Shown: positions 22,441-36,846, counted from the whole stretch's first letter. The stretch is 63,945 nt of DNA, filler included, from Octopus bimaculoides (GCF_001194135.2; 5 parts of 5 records of this genome joined end to end with filler, not necessarily neighbours in it), one strand, 5' to 3'. Numbers and translations: made by a program. The notes: generated from the sequence alone by a model not told the origin.

Positions 22441-23899
22441 CGCATCAGAGGATGTTTTCGAGCAGTGGAAGCTTAGCAAAGCATAGACGCAGCACTCGAG
22501 CTGAAACTAGTAAAAGATAAAAGAAAGGTAAACTTTGGTTGTGACTTCATCTATGCACCACAAATCAACGAAACACTCATCAGTTTTCAATCCTCACGCT
22601 GCTTACATCATTCAGTCGTCATTCGACAATGGCTGTTTACAATCACGACTATAGAAAACTAGATTATGATGTCGTATTATGAGAATGCGAAAGGATGGAA
22701 GTAAAAGCATTTAAACGTAAAGTGAGAAGAAAATAAAAGAAAACAGCATAATTAATTGTAAAATAATATGAGTGTCCTTAGCACACATTCCGTTCCCGCT
22801 AATTACGAATGACGTCATCAGCATCTCAGAACAAGTGTATATGCTGGCAGCCTTGACACTAAGATCAACGGAAAGAATTGAAGTTAGGATTGTGTTTTAT
22901 GTAAGGACAATACGAAAGGCTCCTCGACATATTAGAGATATAGATTAGAGAGATGTAAGTACTTAACGTTATTTACAGTTGGTGATTTAACGAATTCCAG
23001 CTGTGTCTTTGTCAAAGCATTTTTCATTTGTTTACATGCAGAGACAGAATAGCGTCTCTGGTCTCTCTCTCCACCCGCTCAGCCACCCCTAGTAGATCAG
23101 GAAGATTGGGAGAGGTTAGTGAGATTAATGTTTAAATTGTTCTGTTGAAGGTTATTAGTCGTAATGGGTTTGGATGCAAATTTTAAAGGCAGGAAGTTTC
23201 GCTTGCTCTGTGACTTTCAGTAGGTGTGCTAAGAGGAGGAGGAGGAGAAGGAAGAGGAGAAGAAGACATGAAGACGTTAACATGTCTGGTGTAAAAGTAT
23301 GCACAGAGTTGTCGAAAGAATAAAGGTCAAATATGAATAGAGACATCTTAACAAATGAAACTAAATACTGCTTTTGCGCTCGAGAAACAAGAAATCCAAT
23401 CTCAGCAAAACATGGTGGACGGAGGAGTATTTGTTATCTCTTGACCAAATAGAGAATGTAAACAAAACCAGTAAGTCACAAGAAGTTTCCATTGAACACC
23501 TTTGCGATTTGTTAAAACTCTCTTCATGAGGGAAACGTTGACGCCATCGAAATTGTGGAAGGTCACTTTAAATGTATTTATTTGAATTCCTTTCGAGACT
23601 ACGACGCCTACGTTCTATTGATAATTTCCAGCCACCTACAGAGTAGCAAATTCCTCTTGGTAGAGATACAGGATGTTGTTAATTGGTGAATAACAAAGAG
23701 TATATCTGATGTGAAGTGTATCTCATCAATTTTGGGGGATGAAAATATAAATGTTGTCATCAGAAAATCAAATTGACCGGAAGTTTTATATTTTCACCTG
23801 AAACAATTTTAAGACTAATGACAGAATCCACAAAGGAATCAAAACTAGATATTTGTAAGTTTTAAAGCATATCTATGAAATATTTGAAGTAAATTGGCT

Positions 23900-24240
23900 G
23901 GGATCATATGTAGGAAGAATCTGAAGCTTCATTATAGTTAGAGGTAGATACCAGAAAATACTAAGCATCAAATGAAATGACTTTATCAGCAACAAAGTCT
24001 GAAGAGCAGATTAATGGTAGGTATCCATCACCATCGTGCAAGCGCCGATTGAGCTGGCTGAGATATGTCGTTTGACTCCTGTCGAACAGATTCACCAACT
24101 AAGTCTTTAAGTGGGACCATCAGTGGCAACGGTGTAGGAGACGTTCCAAAATGAACTGGCACCAGACGATTGGTCAGGACCTTCAAATAGTAAACCTAAG
24201 ATGGAACGATGCGTTGAGGGTGAACGATGCGTTGAGGGTG
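23900..24240 (+). mobile_element. decayed RTE LINE 3' fragment ending in an 18-bp tandem duplication
   Basis: RYQKILSIK*NDFISNK...KRRLSWLRYVV*...RRRSKMNWHQTIGQDLQIVNLRWNDAL; GAACGATGCGTTGAGGGT at 24204-24221 and 24222-24239. Confidence 0.6.
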
Positions 24241-25196
24241 ACCCCTCACCTTTTTGTTTATTGTCTTGCAATCCTGATATATATATATATATNNNNNNNN
24301 NNNNNNNNNNNNNNNNNNNNNNNNNNNNNNNNNNNNNNNNNNNNNNNNNNNNNNNNNNNNNNNNNNNNNNNNNNNNNNNNNNNNNNNNNNNNNNNNNNNN
24401 NNNNNNNNNNNNNNNNNNNNNNNNNNNNNNNNNNNNNNNNNNNNNNNNNNNNNNNNNNNNNNNNNNNNNNNNNNNNNNNNNNNNNNNNNNNNNNNNNNNN
24501 NNNNNNNNNNNNNNNNNNNNNNNNNNNNNNNNNNNNNNNNNNNNNNNNNNNNNNNNNNNNNNNNNNNNNNNNNNNNNNNNNNNNNNNNNNNNNNNNNNNN
24601 NNNNNNNNNNNNNNNNNNNNNNNNNNNNNNNNNNNNNNNNNNNNNNNNNNNNNNNNNNNNNNNNNNNNNNNNNNNNNNNNNNNNNNNNNNNNNNNNNNNN
24701 NNNNNNNNNNNNNNNNNNNNNNNNNNNNNNNNNNNNNNNNNNNNNNNNNNNNNNNNNNNNNNNNNNNNNNNNNNNNNNNNNNNNNNNNNNNNNNNNNNNN
24801 NNNNNNNNNNNNNNNNNNNNNNNNNNNNNNNNNNNNNNNNNNNNNNNNNNNNNNNNNNNNNNNNNNNNNNNNNNNNNNNNNNNNNNNNNNNNNNNNNNNN
24901 NNNNNNNNNNNNNNNNNNNNNNNNNNNNNNNNNNNNNNNNNNNNNNNNNNNNNNNNNNNNNNNNNNNNNNNNNNNNNNNNNNNNNNNNNNNNNNNNNNNN
25001 NNNNNNNNNNNNNNNNNNNNNNNNNNNNNNNNNNNNNNNNNNNNNNNNNNNNNNNNNNNNNNNNNNNNNNNNNNNNNNNNNNNNNNNNNNNNNNNNNNNN
25101 NNNNNNNNNNNNNNNNNNNNNNNNNNNNNNNNNNNNNNNNNNNNNNNNNNNNNNNNNNNNNNNNNNNNNNNNNNNNNNATATATATATATATATAT

Positions 25197-25252
<56 letters not shown>

Positions 25253-26539
25253 AGAGCATGGACAGGATTACCAGTGTTTTCCTGAATAATGAAGAGACGG
25301 TACTGTTGATGACAGCTATCAAAGTGACCAGTTACGAGTCATTCCTTGTCTTGGAACCATCCATACAGAAATAGCACTCTTGTAGTTATGAAGAACATTA
25401 ACGACTAACACACTGAATGAAACGTAATCTATTGATTGTATTTAATGAATATATGCTACTATGGTTTCATTCACTTATAAATCTACAATCAGCAAACAGC
25501 TCATATCTTGAAAGTTGCAATGGGAAAATATCCATTGGGAGAATTTACAATTTTGTTCTATGCACTCTATTTACACGCCTATAAAAAGAGGTAAAAGTTT
25601 AGATTATTATCAAGCCGGTTCATTTTCTTGAAACCAAACCCCTTATTGTACTTACATTCAAAAGAATATAAACTTTTCAGAGATATTGATAACGAAATTT
25701 TAGTAGCTGAGGCTCTCAGGACTTTTACATTTTAATCACGCCCTCACTCACAAAGCATTTCTTTTTTTTTTTTTAAAGAAAGGCTCTTGTATTTTGTTTT
25801 TCAAAGGGTGATTTATTTTCTTATAAAAGTTCTTGAATTTAACCTTGACTTAGTGACCTGCGAGTCTACGTACTCTATGGTCTGTCTAGACTAAAACATC
25901 TCAATTTCATAGCAATGAATAANNNNNNNNNNNNNNNNNNNNNNNNNNNNNNNNNNNNNNNNNNNNNNNNNNNNNNNNNNNNNNNNNNNNNNNNNNNNNN
26001 NNNNNNNNNNNNNNNNNNNNNNNNNNNNNNNNNNNNNNNNNNNNNNNNNNNNNNNNNNNNNNNNNNNNNNNNNNNNNNNNNNNNNNNNNNNNNNNNNNNN
26101 NNNNNNNNNNNNNNNNNNNNNNNNNNNNNNNNNNNNNNNNNNNNNNNNNNNNNNNNNNNNNNNNNNNNNNNNNNNNNNNNNNNNNNNNNNNNNNNNNNNN
26201 NNNNNNNNNNNNNNNNNNNNNNNNNNNNNNNNNNNNNNNNNNNNNNNNNNNNNNNNNNNNNNNNNNNNNNNNNNNNNNNNNNNNNNNNNNNNNNNNNNNN
26301 NATATATATACATACTGTATATTCATCTTTTTCCTTCAGTCATTTGAGTGCCGCCAAGCTGAGGCTTTAAACGATTTTAGTCGAATCAATCAAACCCAGT
26401 AGATTTTTTAAGCATGGTACTTACTTTAATGGTCTCTTTTGACGAACCGGCAAGTTAAGTGGACAGCAAACAAGCCAACAGAAACACACACACACATATG
26501 TGTGTGTGTGTGTCGTGTGTCGATGTATATAGAGAGACT

Positions 26540-26602
<63 letters not shown>

Positions 26603-27292
26603 GTAGGTAGGTAGGTAGGTAGGTAGGTAGGTAGGTAGGTAGGTTGGTAGGTAGGTGGGTAGATTAGCAGACAGACTGACTGATACCCACTATTATTGTA
26701 GAAAATACTGCAATAACACCGCAATTTCTGTGTATATAGACTCACGTAAAATCACTGACAGATATTTTTCAACGTCTAGTTGGAAGTCGTAACTTTCTAA
26801 TTTTTCACTATTCTTGACGATAAACAAAAGCGTATGAAATTCTATATAAATTAAAACGGAAATAGATAAACTGAACGCACGCCTAAGTTTTACGACTTGG
26901 AGAAAATGCTTTTTGTTTTACTCAATGGAGAATGCTTTTATTACACGGTAATATATACTTTTCTAATGTATGTAATATATAGGCGGCGCAGACATGGCTA
27001 TGTGTTAAGAAACTCGCTATGCAACCACGTGGTTTGTGTTCAGTTCCACTGCGGGCCACCTAGGGCAAACGTCTTATACTTTATCTCCGGTTCAACCAAT
27101 GTTTTATGAGTGAATTTAACAGACGAAAATTGTGCGGATGTCTATGACGTGTGTTTGTGTATGTGTATTTTTCAGTTGCTGTTTGTGTGTGCTCCCACCT
27201 CTATTGCTTGTCAGTCGGTGTTGGTTTCCTTATATACCCGTTAAGAGACTGTTCAGAGACCGAAAAAAATAAGTACTGGGTAGATTTGTATA

Positions 27293-27341
<49 letters not shown>

Positions 27342-27737
27342 AACGCGTGTGTTTGTGTGTGTTTGTGTGTGTTTGTGTGTGTCCGTGTGTGTGCATGTTT
27401 GTATCGAGGAAAGCTTCGCTGAAAAGATTTTCTTCCACCGCTGAATTGTAGTGACAAATATAAACAAATGGAAATTTCACAGAATGTGCATATATATACA
27501 TATATATATTATGGGACAAAATATTTACATAGTCAACCGGTTTCGCTGTTGCTAATCATCACTAAGAAATTAATGAAAATATTACAATTTCATGATATCT
27601 TACGAAGGCTTTAGTCCATGTGAGTACCAGAAAAGTTGTTTTGTAAATAAATCAGTAGGTAAATAAATCTAAGGGGAAGTAATTACACTTTATTGACAGG
27701 TGAGCTGATTCTATTTACATTAAGAAGTTTTAAGTTC

Positions 27738-27775
<38 letters not shown>

Positions 27776-28515
27776 NNNNNNNNNNNNNNNNNNNNNNNNN
27801 NNNNNNNNNNNNNNNNNNNNNNNNNNNNNNNNNNNNNNNNNNNNNNNNNNNNNNNNNNNNNNNNNNNNNNNNNNNNNNNNNNNNNNNNNNNNNNNNNNNN
27901 NNNNNNNNNNNNNNNNNNNNNNNNNNNNNNNNNNNNNNNNNNNNNNNNNNNNNNNNNNNNNNNNNNNNNNNNNNNNNNNNNNNNNNNNNNNNNNNNNNNN
28001 NNNNNNNNNNNNNNNNNNNNNNNNNNNNNNNNNNNNNNNNNNNNNNNNNNNNNNNNNNNNNNNNNNNNNNNNNNNNNNNNNNNNNNNNNNNNNNNNNNNN
28101 NNNNNNNNNNNNNNNNNNNNNNNNNNNNNNNNNNNNNNNNNNNNNNNNNNNNNNNNNNNNNNNNNNNNNNNNNNNNNNNNNNNNNNNNNNNNNNNNNNNN
28201 NNNNNNNNNNNNNNNNNNNNNNNNNNNNNNNNNNNNNNNNNNNNNNNNNNNNNNNNNNNNNNNNNNNNNNNNNNNNNNNNNNNNNNNNNNNNNNNNNNNN
28301 NNNNNNNNNNNNNNNNNNNNNNNNNNNNNNNNNNNNNNNNNTATATATATACATATATATTGTATATTATATATTATATATTATCTATATTATATTTATA
28401 CATATATGTATATATATATGTGTATATACATACCTATATGTCGATAGGCTTATCTCTTTCTTTCTCTCTCTCTCTCTCTCTTCATCTATCTATGTATGAA
28501 TGCACATATGTAAGG

Positions 28516-28559
<44 letters not shown>

Positions 28560-28936
28560 AAGAGAGATAGAGAGATAGAAAGAAAAACAAATACATGTAT
28601 ACATGAGCGCACACCCATGGTGTATTTGATATATGACAACATAAATATTTGATGTAAATAATATGTCGAACCATACAAGTCAATATTTACAAAAATACAA
28701 ATAATAATAGATAATAATAATAATAATAATAATAAAGAATATAGAAGCATTCCTGATGCATAAGGGCAAACCAAACGGAAATTCGTGATGAACAACATCG
28801 AGAATTTGACATACATACACACATACATATATACATACAAAGACCCATATACATATACACACGCACATATACACACATTCATACAAACATATACTCACAA
28901 ACACACATTACACATAAATATATCTGTGCTTATGCA

Positions 28937-28984
<48 letters not shown>

Positions 28985-29066
28985 CAGTGGAGAGAGGGGG
29001 GGAAGAGAGGAAGGGCAAGAGGAAATAGCGACAGACAGGTAGTCAAAGATTATCAGAAGGGAAAAT

Positions 29067-29102
<36 letters not shown>

Positions 29103-30366
29103 ATGGATAGATAGACAGACAGACAGCCAGACAGACAGATACTTTACTGTGGGCAGTAAAGAAATAAGAATGATAGACAGATGTAGATATAGTGAGGGGG
29201 TGAACAGTTAACAGCTAAGGNNNNNNNNNNNNNNNNNNNNNNNNNNNNNNNNNNNNNNNNNNNNNNNNNNNNNNNNNNNNNNNNNNNNNNNNNNNNNNNN
29301 NNNNNNNNNNNNNNNNNNNNNNNNNNNNNNNNNNNNNNNNNNNNNNNNNNNNNNNNNNNNNNNNNNNNNNNNNNNNNNNNNNNNNNNNNNNNNNNNNNNN
29401 NNNNNNNNNNNNNNNNNNNNNNNNNNNNNNNNNNNNNNNNNNNNNNNNNNNNNNNNNNNNNNNNNNNNNNNNNNNNNNNNNNNNNNNNNNNNNNNNNNNN
29501 NNNNNNNNNNNNNNNNNNNNNNNNNNNNNNNNNNNNNNNNNNNNNNNNNNNNNNNNNNNNNNNNNNNNNNNNNNNNNNNNNNNNNNNNNNNNNNNNNNNN
29601 NNNNNNNNNNNNNNNNNNNNNNNNNNNNNNNNNNNNNNNNNNNNNNNNNNNNNNNNNNNNNNNNNNNNNNNNATATATATATATATATATACATATATAA
29701 ATATAAGTATGTATCACACACACACATACACACACTCGTACGGAAGTATACTTGTTATATGACTGCGTAAATATTTGATGTAAATGAATTTGTGTAGTCG
29801 TCGTAGTTCACGTGAAATATAAAAACCGGGCATAAACCAAGTTTTCTAAATGAGATCATATCGAGGAGGTAATGCAAATACTTACTAAGGTGTAATGATG
29901 AAACTTGTTATTTCTGTTTACCATGACGTAGCGATTTTTTATCATATTATTTTTCTATTTTAAGTCACTTTGCTCAATAGTATTTTTTGCTTTTGTTTTT
30001 GGTTTATTTGGGGATTGGTTTTTTTTTAACTAAGTAGAAAAAAAATGTCGTCCTACCTGTTTGATTGCTCAGAAATTCCTTTATTGTAATATAACTACGA
30101 AATCTATTTGGTTAAACGTAAGCAAGGATTGTGAAACCCATAACATTCATACCAGAGTAGGGAAGAGCGAATACATTCCCGAAATTCGTGCGTAAGTTTC
30201 GAGATATTTCGCCCGTCTGTGAAAGAGCTAATGAAGTATTTCTCAGCGCTGTTTGACAACATAGCAGCCATTTTTTAATGTCATTTTGACACATGCATCC
30301 ACATGAATGCCGCCTGATTTTTGCCTTCTATGTTCACAGATACATCAATATTGTTTTGTACACATA

Positions 30367-30475
30367 GGCGCAGGAGTGGCTGTGTGGTAAGTAGCTTGCT
30401 TACCAATCACATGGTTCCGGGTTCAGTCCTTCTGCGTGACACCCTGGGCGAGTGTTTTCTACTATATCCTCAGGT
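30367..30475 (+). mobile_element. tRNA-derived SINE family C head
   Basis: AGGCGCAGGAGTGGCTGTGTGGTAAGTAGCTTGCTTACCAATCACATGGTTCCGGGTTCAGTCC, near-identical to 51907-52020. Confidence 0.8.
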
Positions 30476-30675
30476 TATTTAATGTACTTCAATAACTTCT
30501 ACATTTTTCATCCGATTTCTTTAAAATTTTATACACAGCTGCCTCATATCCCAGACCTGAACCTAGGCTACTTATATTTTAAAACATTGATATTGAGGCT
30601 TCTAGAGTGATGGGAAACCAACAATAAATGATTCCTATTCATTTGCATTAATCAGCTGTTTTATAATCTGTAGGG

Positions 30676-31035
30676 TCTTCCATACTTTTTTAATCTTTTT
30701 ATAAAACTGAACGGATTTTGTCTATTTATTTCCATTCTCCACCAGCAACGATGATTAAATTGACTAGGAACACTCAACGCATACATTTCCACAATTCTCA
30801 ACCGATTATCACCAAACTTTACTCACACATTACTTATGTCCCAAGGATGGGCATGCACTAAACATTTTCCCCAGATTTCCTTCATAAATGGACCTAAATG
30901 GACACAGTCGTTTTGTATGTAGTGTCTTCCATGCTTTTTTAATGTTTTTATAAAAGTGAAAGGATTTTGTTTATTTATTTCGACTGTCCACCTGCAACGG
31001 TGATTAAATTGAACACTCTACGCGATGAATATCCA
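30676..31035. repeat. diverged ~110-bp direct repeat, period 249
   Basis: TCTTCCAT(A/G)CTTTTTTAAT...ATAAAA(C/G)TGAA(C/A)GGATTTTGT...GCAACG(A/G)TGATTAAATTGA starts at 30676 and 30925. Confidence 0.75.
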
Positions 31036-31200
31036 ATACCAAAAATCTTACTCTCCATATTTAAACTGCATTAAACTTCGGCAAGCTTACCTTTACCGAT
31101 TCTGAGTTACTTGAAAGGTGATGTTTCCTTCCATTTCTTCTAGTTGTTGATACCTTTGTTTACCTACCAATGCGTTGTTTCACTTTAAAGATGTTTATTT

Positions 31201-31865
31201 ACCCCTTGTGGGCAATAAAGAAATAAGAAACGTTAGCACGCCGGGCAAAATGCTAAGTGGTATTTCGTCTGCCGTTACGTTCTGAATTCAAATTCCGCGT
31301 GGTCGACTTTGCTTTTCATCCTTCCAGAGTTGATAAATAAAGTACCAGTTACGCACTAGGGTCGATGTAATCGACTTAATCCCTTTGTCTGTTCTTGTTT
31401 GCTCTCTCTATGTTTAGCCCCTTGTGGGCAGTAAAGAAATAAGAAACGTTAGCACGCCGGGCGAAATTCTTAGCGGTATTTCGATTGTCTTTACTTCTGA
31501 GATCAAATTCTGCCGAGGTCGACTTTACCTTTCATCCTTTCGTGATCGATAAAATAAGCACCAGTTGAGCACTGATTCGATGTAATCGATCTACCCATCC
31601 CCAAAATTGCTGGCCTTGTGCAAAAATTTGAAAGCAACATTATTTACACTCTTTAAGGAGACGACCTGCCTGAATCGTCAGCACGCCGGATACTATGCTT
31701 TGCATAATTTCTTCCGGCTTTACATTCTGATTTCAAATTCCGCCGTGGTCAGCGTTACCTTTCATCCTTACGGGGTCGATAAAAAAAGTACCAGTTGATC
31801 AATGGGGTCGATGTAATCGACTCACCCGGCCCCCATAAATTGCTGACCTTGTGCCAAAATTGGAA
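31201..31865 (+). mobile_element. tandem cluster of ~3 SINE family-B units
   Basis: Junction CCCCTTGTGGGCA(A/G)TAAAGAAATAAGAAACGTTAGCACGCCGGGC at 31202 and 31418; a further unit at about 31670-31865. Confidence 0.8.
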
Positions 31866-33946
31866 AGAATATTATTCACACCCCTAAAGAATTTGCTTTT
31901 AGGTTTCAAGAGACAAGATATATCTAATTAAATCACGTGATCGCATGCTCGACCAGACGATCGGAGATTGTTATACACCGCTGGTCACAATGCGCTTTGC
32001 ATCGTTTTAGCTAGGCGACTTCCCCCTGCCTGGAAGATTTATCATGTTTCGGTGACACCTGTTTACAGCTTAGTGGACACTGGAGCGCAACGTGAAATGA
32101 AGTGAAATGAAGCATAACGCAACGTCCGGCCCGGGAACCGAACGCACGACCTAGCAGATGTGAGTGCAACACTGTAACCACTAGGCCATTTAATATTTTA
32201 TTAAATACCTCGTAAAAACATGGATGCAAACAACATTACGCAGATTACTAGTTGTGGTAATGGATGTCAGTTATGCCAAACTATTGTAAAAGACCTCTGA
32301 GAGAATACGCGAGAACTAACATTTGAACAAAAGGCATGTCATCTTAACAACAACCCTATCCTCCCCCCTTGACACATTTCGCAACTACAAATTAAGAATA
32401 TATACTAATAATAATGAATGGATCTGTCCTTATGAAAGCAAATATATATTAATGGCACATTCCATTATAAAAAAAAAATTTACAAAAATGTTGCTTAATA
32501 ACCCAGTTATTGTATTTCGAGCCAGACAAAAAATTTTTTTTTTTAAAAAGGAAAGAAAAACAGAAAAATGTCCATTGTGGCATTGCATAGGAAAGCTGAC
32601 TCGATTGCTACATAATGTGAAACAAGTGAGAAACATTTAAAGTCAGTTGTTACAGGCCTTGGAGCTTTTGTTTCTTTATTAGGGCTGTTATGGTTATTCT
32701 TTTAGGTTTCTAGCTATAACCATTGCGGAACTTGCTTACGAAACAACCTGCGGGGTTTCTCTTGTATTATTTACAAAAGGGATTGGCTGTGTGCTAACAA
32801 GTTCGCTTCCCAATCACATGGTTTCAGGTGCAGTCCCACTGCGAAGCACCTTGGGCAAGTGTCTCCTACAATAGCCTCGGGCCGACCAAAGTGAGTTTGA
32901 CAGACGGAAATTGAAAGAAACTCATCATATATATATACATATATATACATATATANNNNNNNNNNNNNNNNNNNNNNNNNNNNNNNNNNNNNNNNNNNNT
33001 TAATTAATTAANNNNNNNNNNNNNNNNNNNNNNNNNNNNNNNNNNNNNNNNNNNNTGTGTGTGTGTGTGTGTGTGTGTGTTTGTGTTTTTTCCCCCTAGC
33101 ATTGCTTGACATCCGATGCTGGTGTGCTTATGTCTCCGCCACGTAGCGGTTCAGCAAAAGAGACCGATGGAATAAGTACTAGGCTTACAAAGAATAAGTC
33201 CTGGGGTCGATTTGCTCGACTAAATGCGGTACTCCAGCATGGCCACAGTCAAATGACTAAAACAAAAGAGTATTAGAAAGGGCATCGAGCTATAGAAAGC
33301 TTGCAAAACCAGACAATGGATCGTGGTGCGGCTCCAGGCCTTGCCGCCTTCTGTCAAACCGTCCAACCCATGACAGCATAGAAAACGGGTGTTAGATGAT
33401 GATGATGATGTATGAGCAATTAAGTAACGTCAGCTATTAGGGGCCCAAATGAAATACTTCTGGACAACGGTATTGCAGGTTTTACCTTCAAATGAGGTTA
33501 AGGTCCAACACCCTCGCCCCTACCACACACTTTGTACTTCTGTTGCACACATATGGTAACAACGATGGTTTTGTAAACACCACGCCACCACCACCACCCA
33601 TACTGTAATCCCCTATCTTAAACTGCAACAATACATTGAAGAACCATTCTTGGTACCTCTTCATCCATTGTAATTAATCCTACACTCAACCCACCCCCTC
33701 TGAGTGTATTACTATTTGGAAATAGTTACCACCACTACTACTACTACCACCACCACAGTTTCTACTAGTAGTAGTAGTAGTAGGATGTGCTATAAGTTGG
33801 ACAGCTTTCAGACAGTTTTTATATTGGAAAACCAGACTCACGCGATAATTAGATGCAATTTTTCTAATTAACATCACAAACCCAAAATATATGCGAATGT
33901 GTATGTCTATATGTATATGTTTGTGTGTATGTGTGTGTATATATAT

Positions 33947-33980
<34 letters not shown>

Positions 33981-34055
33981 GTATGTGTATATGTTTATAT
34001 ATATATACATATACATATATATATGTCTGTGTGTCTCTATGTGCATGTGTATTTC

Positions 34056-34130
<75 letters not shown>

Positions 34131-35346
34131 TACAAGCATATATATATATATATATATATACAAGCATATATATACACACCACAGAATCCACTCCATTTCA
34201 GTCTTCTTCAATTTGTTTATATATTCATACATACATACATAATGTGACATATGCGTGTATGTATGTATGTGTGCGTACGTATGTCCGCTAGACAGCATCT
34301 AGGAACGTTACAAGACCAAACCACAAAACATCGAGATGTAGAAACTATTGTTATGCTGCACGTTTTTACCAATCGTTATTTTCTTTCTTTTTTTTCTGTT
34401 TTTACTTTCCTTTTGTTTATTTGTTTTTGTCTTAGCAATTAGTCTGATGAGATCGACTTAAGCTGAATAATAATAATCGTTTCTTTATTGGCCACAACGG
34501 CCCAAGACATTGACGGCAATTCACTATGAAAAATACAAGCAAATAAACAAAACGTTAAAAAAAAATAAAAAAACGATGTAACAATAGCAAAAAAGTCCGC
34601 CAATAATAATAATAATCCTTTATACTATAGGCACAAGGCCTGAAATTTGGGTACTCGACTGGTACTTATTTTATCGATGTTTTGATGTTGACTACACTGG
34701 GGAAAGATGGCTTCACCCGATTCAGCTTTTGAACGCACGTATGACCATCTTCAGAGATGACGCAACCGGGATTGGGAACACTCGTGTGCTTTTCTATATT
34801 TCTATATATATATATAAAAGCAAAAAAGGATGCGTAGATAGAGTGAATATATTATGTAAAGGTAGGATTACATTCAGACTTGCAAGTATGGTGGGACGGA
34901 AGGTGTTGGGGAGAGATAATTGGTCGGCTGGATTAGTTTGAGGAATTCTTAATTACGATTGGTTGACATTTAGAAAAAGTTGTCTTGTTGATTGGTGGTA
35001 TATAATTGTCACGAGAATAAAAGACAAACAGGGGCGGGTGTGAGTAAAAATGTACGTGTGTTTACAACTATATAGAACAGTCAATCAGTGTGTATGTATG
35101 TTTGTTTTATGTATACACTAACACACACACACACACACATACGCGTGCATATATACACATATTATTTGCATATATATATACACATTTTTATATACGTGAC
35201 GTACTTATGTATTTATATACAGACACGTAAATTTATACATTCGCTCACACACTTATTGGAGTGTTTATATCATACGATATATTGTTTCAAACGTCACTGT
35301 CAGTGCTACATTTGAACACCACTTCCGCGTTTGTGTCCGTGCGCGC

Positions 35347-35385
<39 letters not shown>

Positions 35386-35601
35386 TATGAATGTACGTAT
35401 ACGTGCACGCACACTCACATCATAATGTAAAAGTTATTAGGTATTTTAAAATATATTTTGCGTAGTTGAAACATCATAGGTCGGTATTCAGTGCGTTGGT
35501 TGAAGCGGATGTGCATCTCTATTACATCCAAAGTCAGCAGTCTGCTCCAAGTTTCGCACTTGCCTGTTTTGTGACACTGCTGATTAACCAAGACTTATAT
35601 G

Positions 35602-35812
35602 TACGAGGGGGAGGGGGCTGAAAAGTTGCTGACTTTAAGGGTGTCGCGAAACGCCTGGTTGGAGGCCCAACATTCCGAGTTCTTTTACTGGGCTTAGAAA
35701 AACTTGCAGGGTGTGCATCTGAGAGGAGAATATGTTGAATGAAATCATAATTAACTGATTCTCTTGTATTTTCTTTTACTCAAAGCCAGGAACTTTTCAG
35801 CATTCGCTCGTA
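35602..35812 (+). mobile_element. mariner-derived MITE
   Basis: TIRs TACGAGGGG..GCTGAAAAGTT / AACTTTTCAGCATTCGCTCGTA with TA ends; internal GLEKL and LRGEYVE* match the mariner transposase C-terminus. Confidence 0.75.
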
Positions 35813-35819
35813 TATGTGT

Positions 35820-36025
35820 GTTATTTCTTTACTACCCACAAGGGGCTACACACAGAGGGGACAAACAAGGACAGACAAACGGATTAAATCGATTATATCG
35901 ACCCCAGTGCGTAACTGGTACTTATTTAATCGACCCCGAAAGGATGAAAGACAAAGTCGACCTCGGCGGAATTTGAACTCAGAACGTAGCGGGCAGACGA
36001 AATACCGCTGAGCATTTCGCCCAGC
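35820..36025 (-). mobile_element. SINE family-B monomer
   Basis: Reverse complement of the family-B body ending CCCCTTGTGGGTAGTAAAGAAATAA, which defines the monomer 3' end. Confidence 0.8.
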
Positions 36026-36804
36026 GGCATTTCGTATATGTGTGTATGTGTATAAGTACCAGTTGAGTTCTGGGGTCGATGTAATCGACTTATCCTCTCC
36101 CTCGTAATTGCTGGCCTTGTGCCAAAATTATTTTTATTATAACGATTGTTAGTTATTAGTAATTATACACTAACGATTCTTAATTGTTTTATAATAACTA
36201 TTATCGATAATTATTGATATTATTACTCTTATTAATTATACAGTTGCATATATATTCATGGTTGTTGTTGGAACAGCTGTAGAAGTTTTAAAATATCAAT
36301 GATATTGTTTGCTTCTTGCTTTCTTCTCATATAAAGTTCTCAATCTTCATCATAGCCTGTTATCAGCTTCATCCAGTATCATATATGATTCGGCACTTCT
36401 TTCGTTCATAAACACATCTTCATTATATTGAAATAAATACAGACCGAGACGTCATAGATTTTGGTAAGAAGTGACCAATCGATTGAATTTGCTCTAGAAC
36501 CTCCTTGATATTCTTGTGTAAATTTTTCCATGTCTACGTGCAATCTGTGGGGCCAAACTTGCCGATTTCTTATGAAAAATAAACTTCGACCAGCAAGTTT
36601 CAAAACGTGTGTGGCATCGTCAGTTGGTCTGTATTTAAAAAGTTTTGCTTTCCAGCCAGATGTATTGAGCTTATTCCTTGTGTATAAATGGTCTTAGTCA
36701 TTTAAGGTAGTTACATCATACACAAGCGCATATATCCAGACATACTCACGGACATAAACATAATTATATATGTATATACAAATATCTATATTTATAATCC
36801 ATTC

Positions 36805-36846
<42 letters not shown>

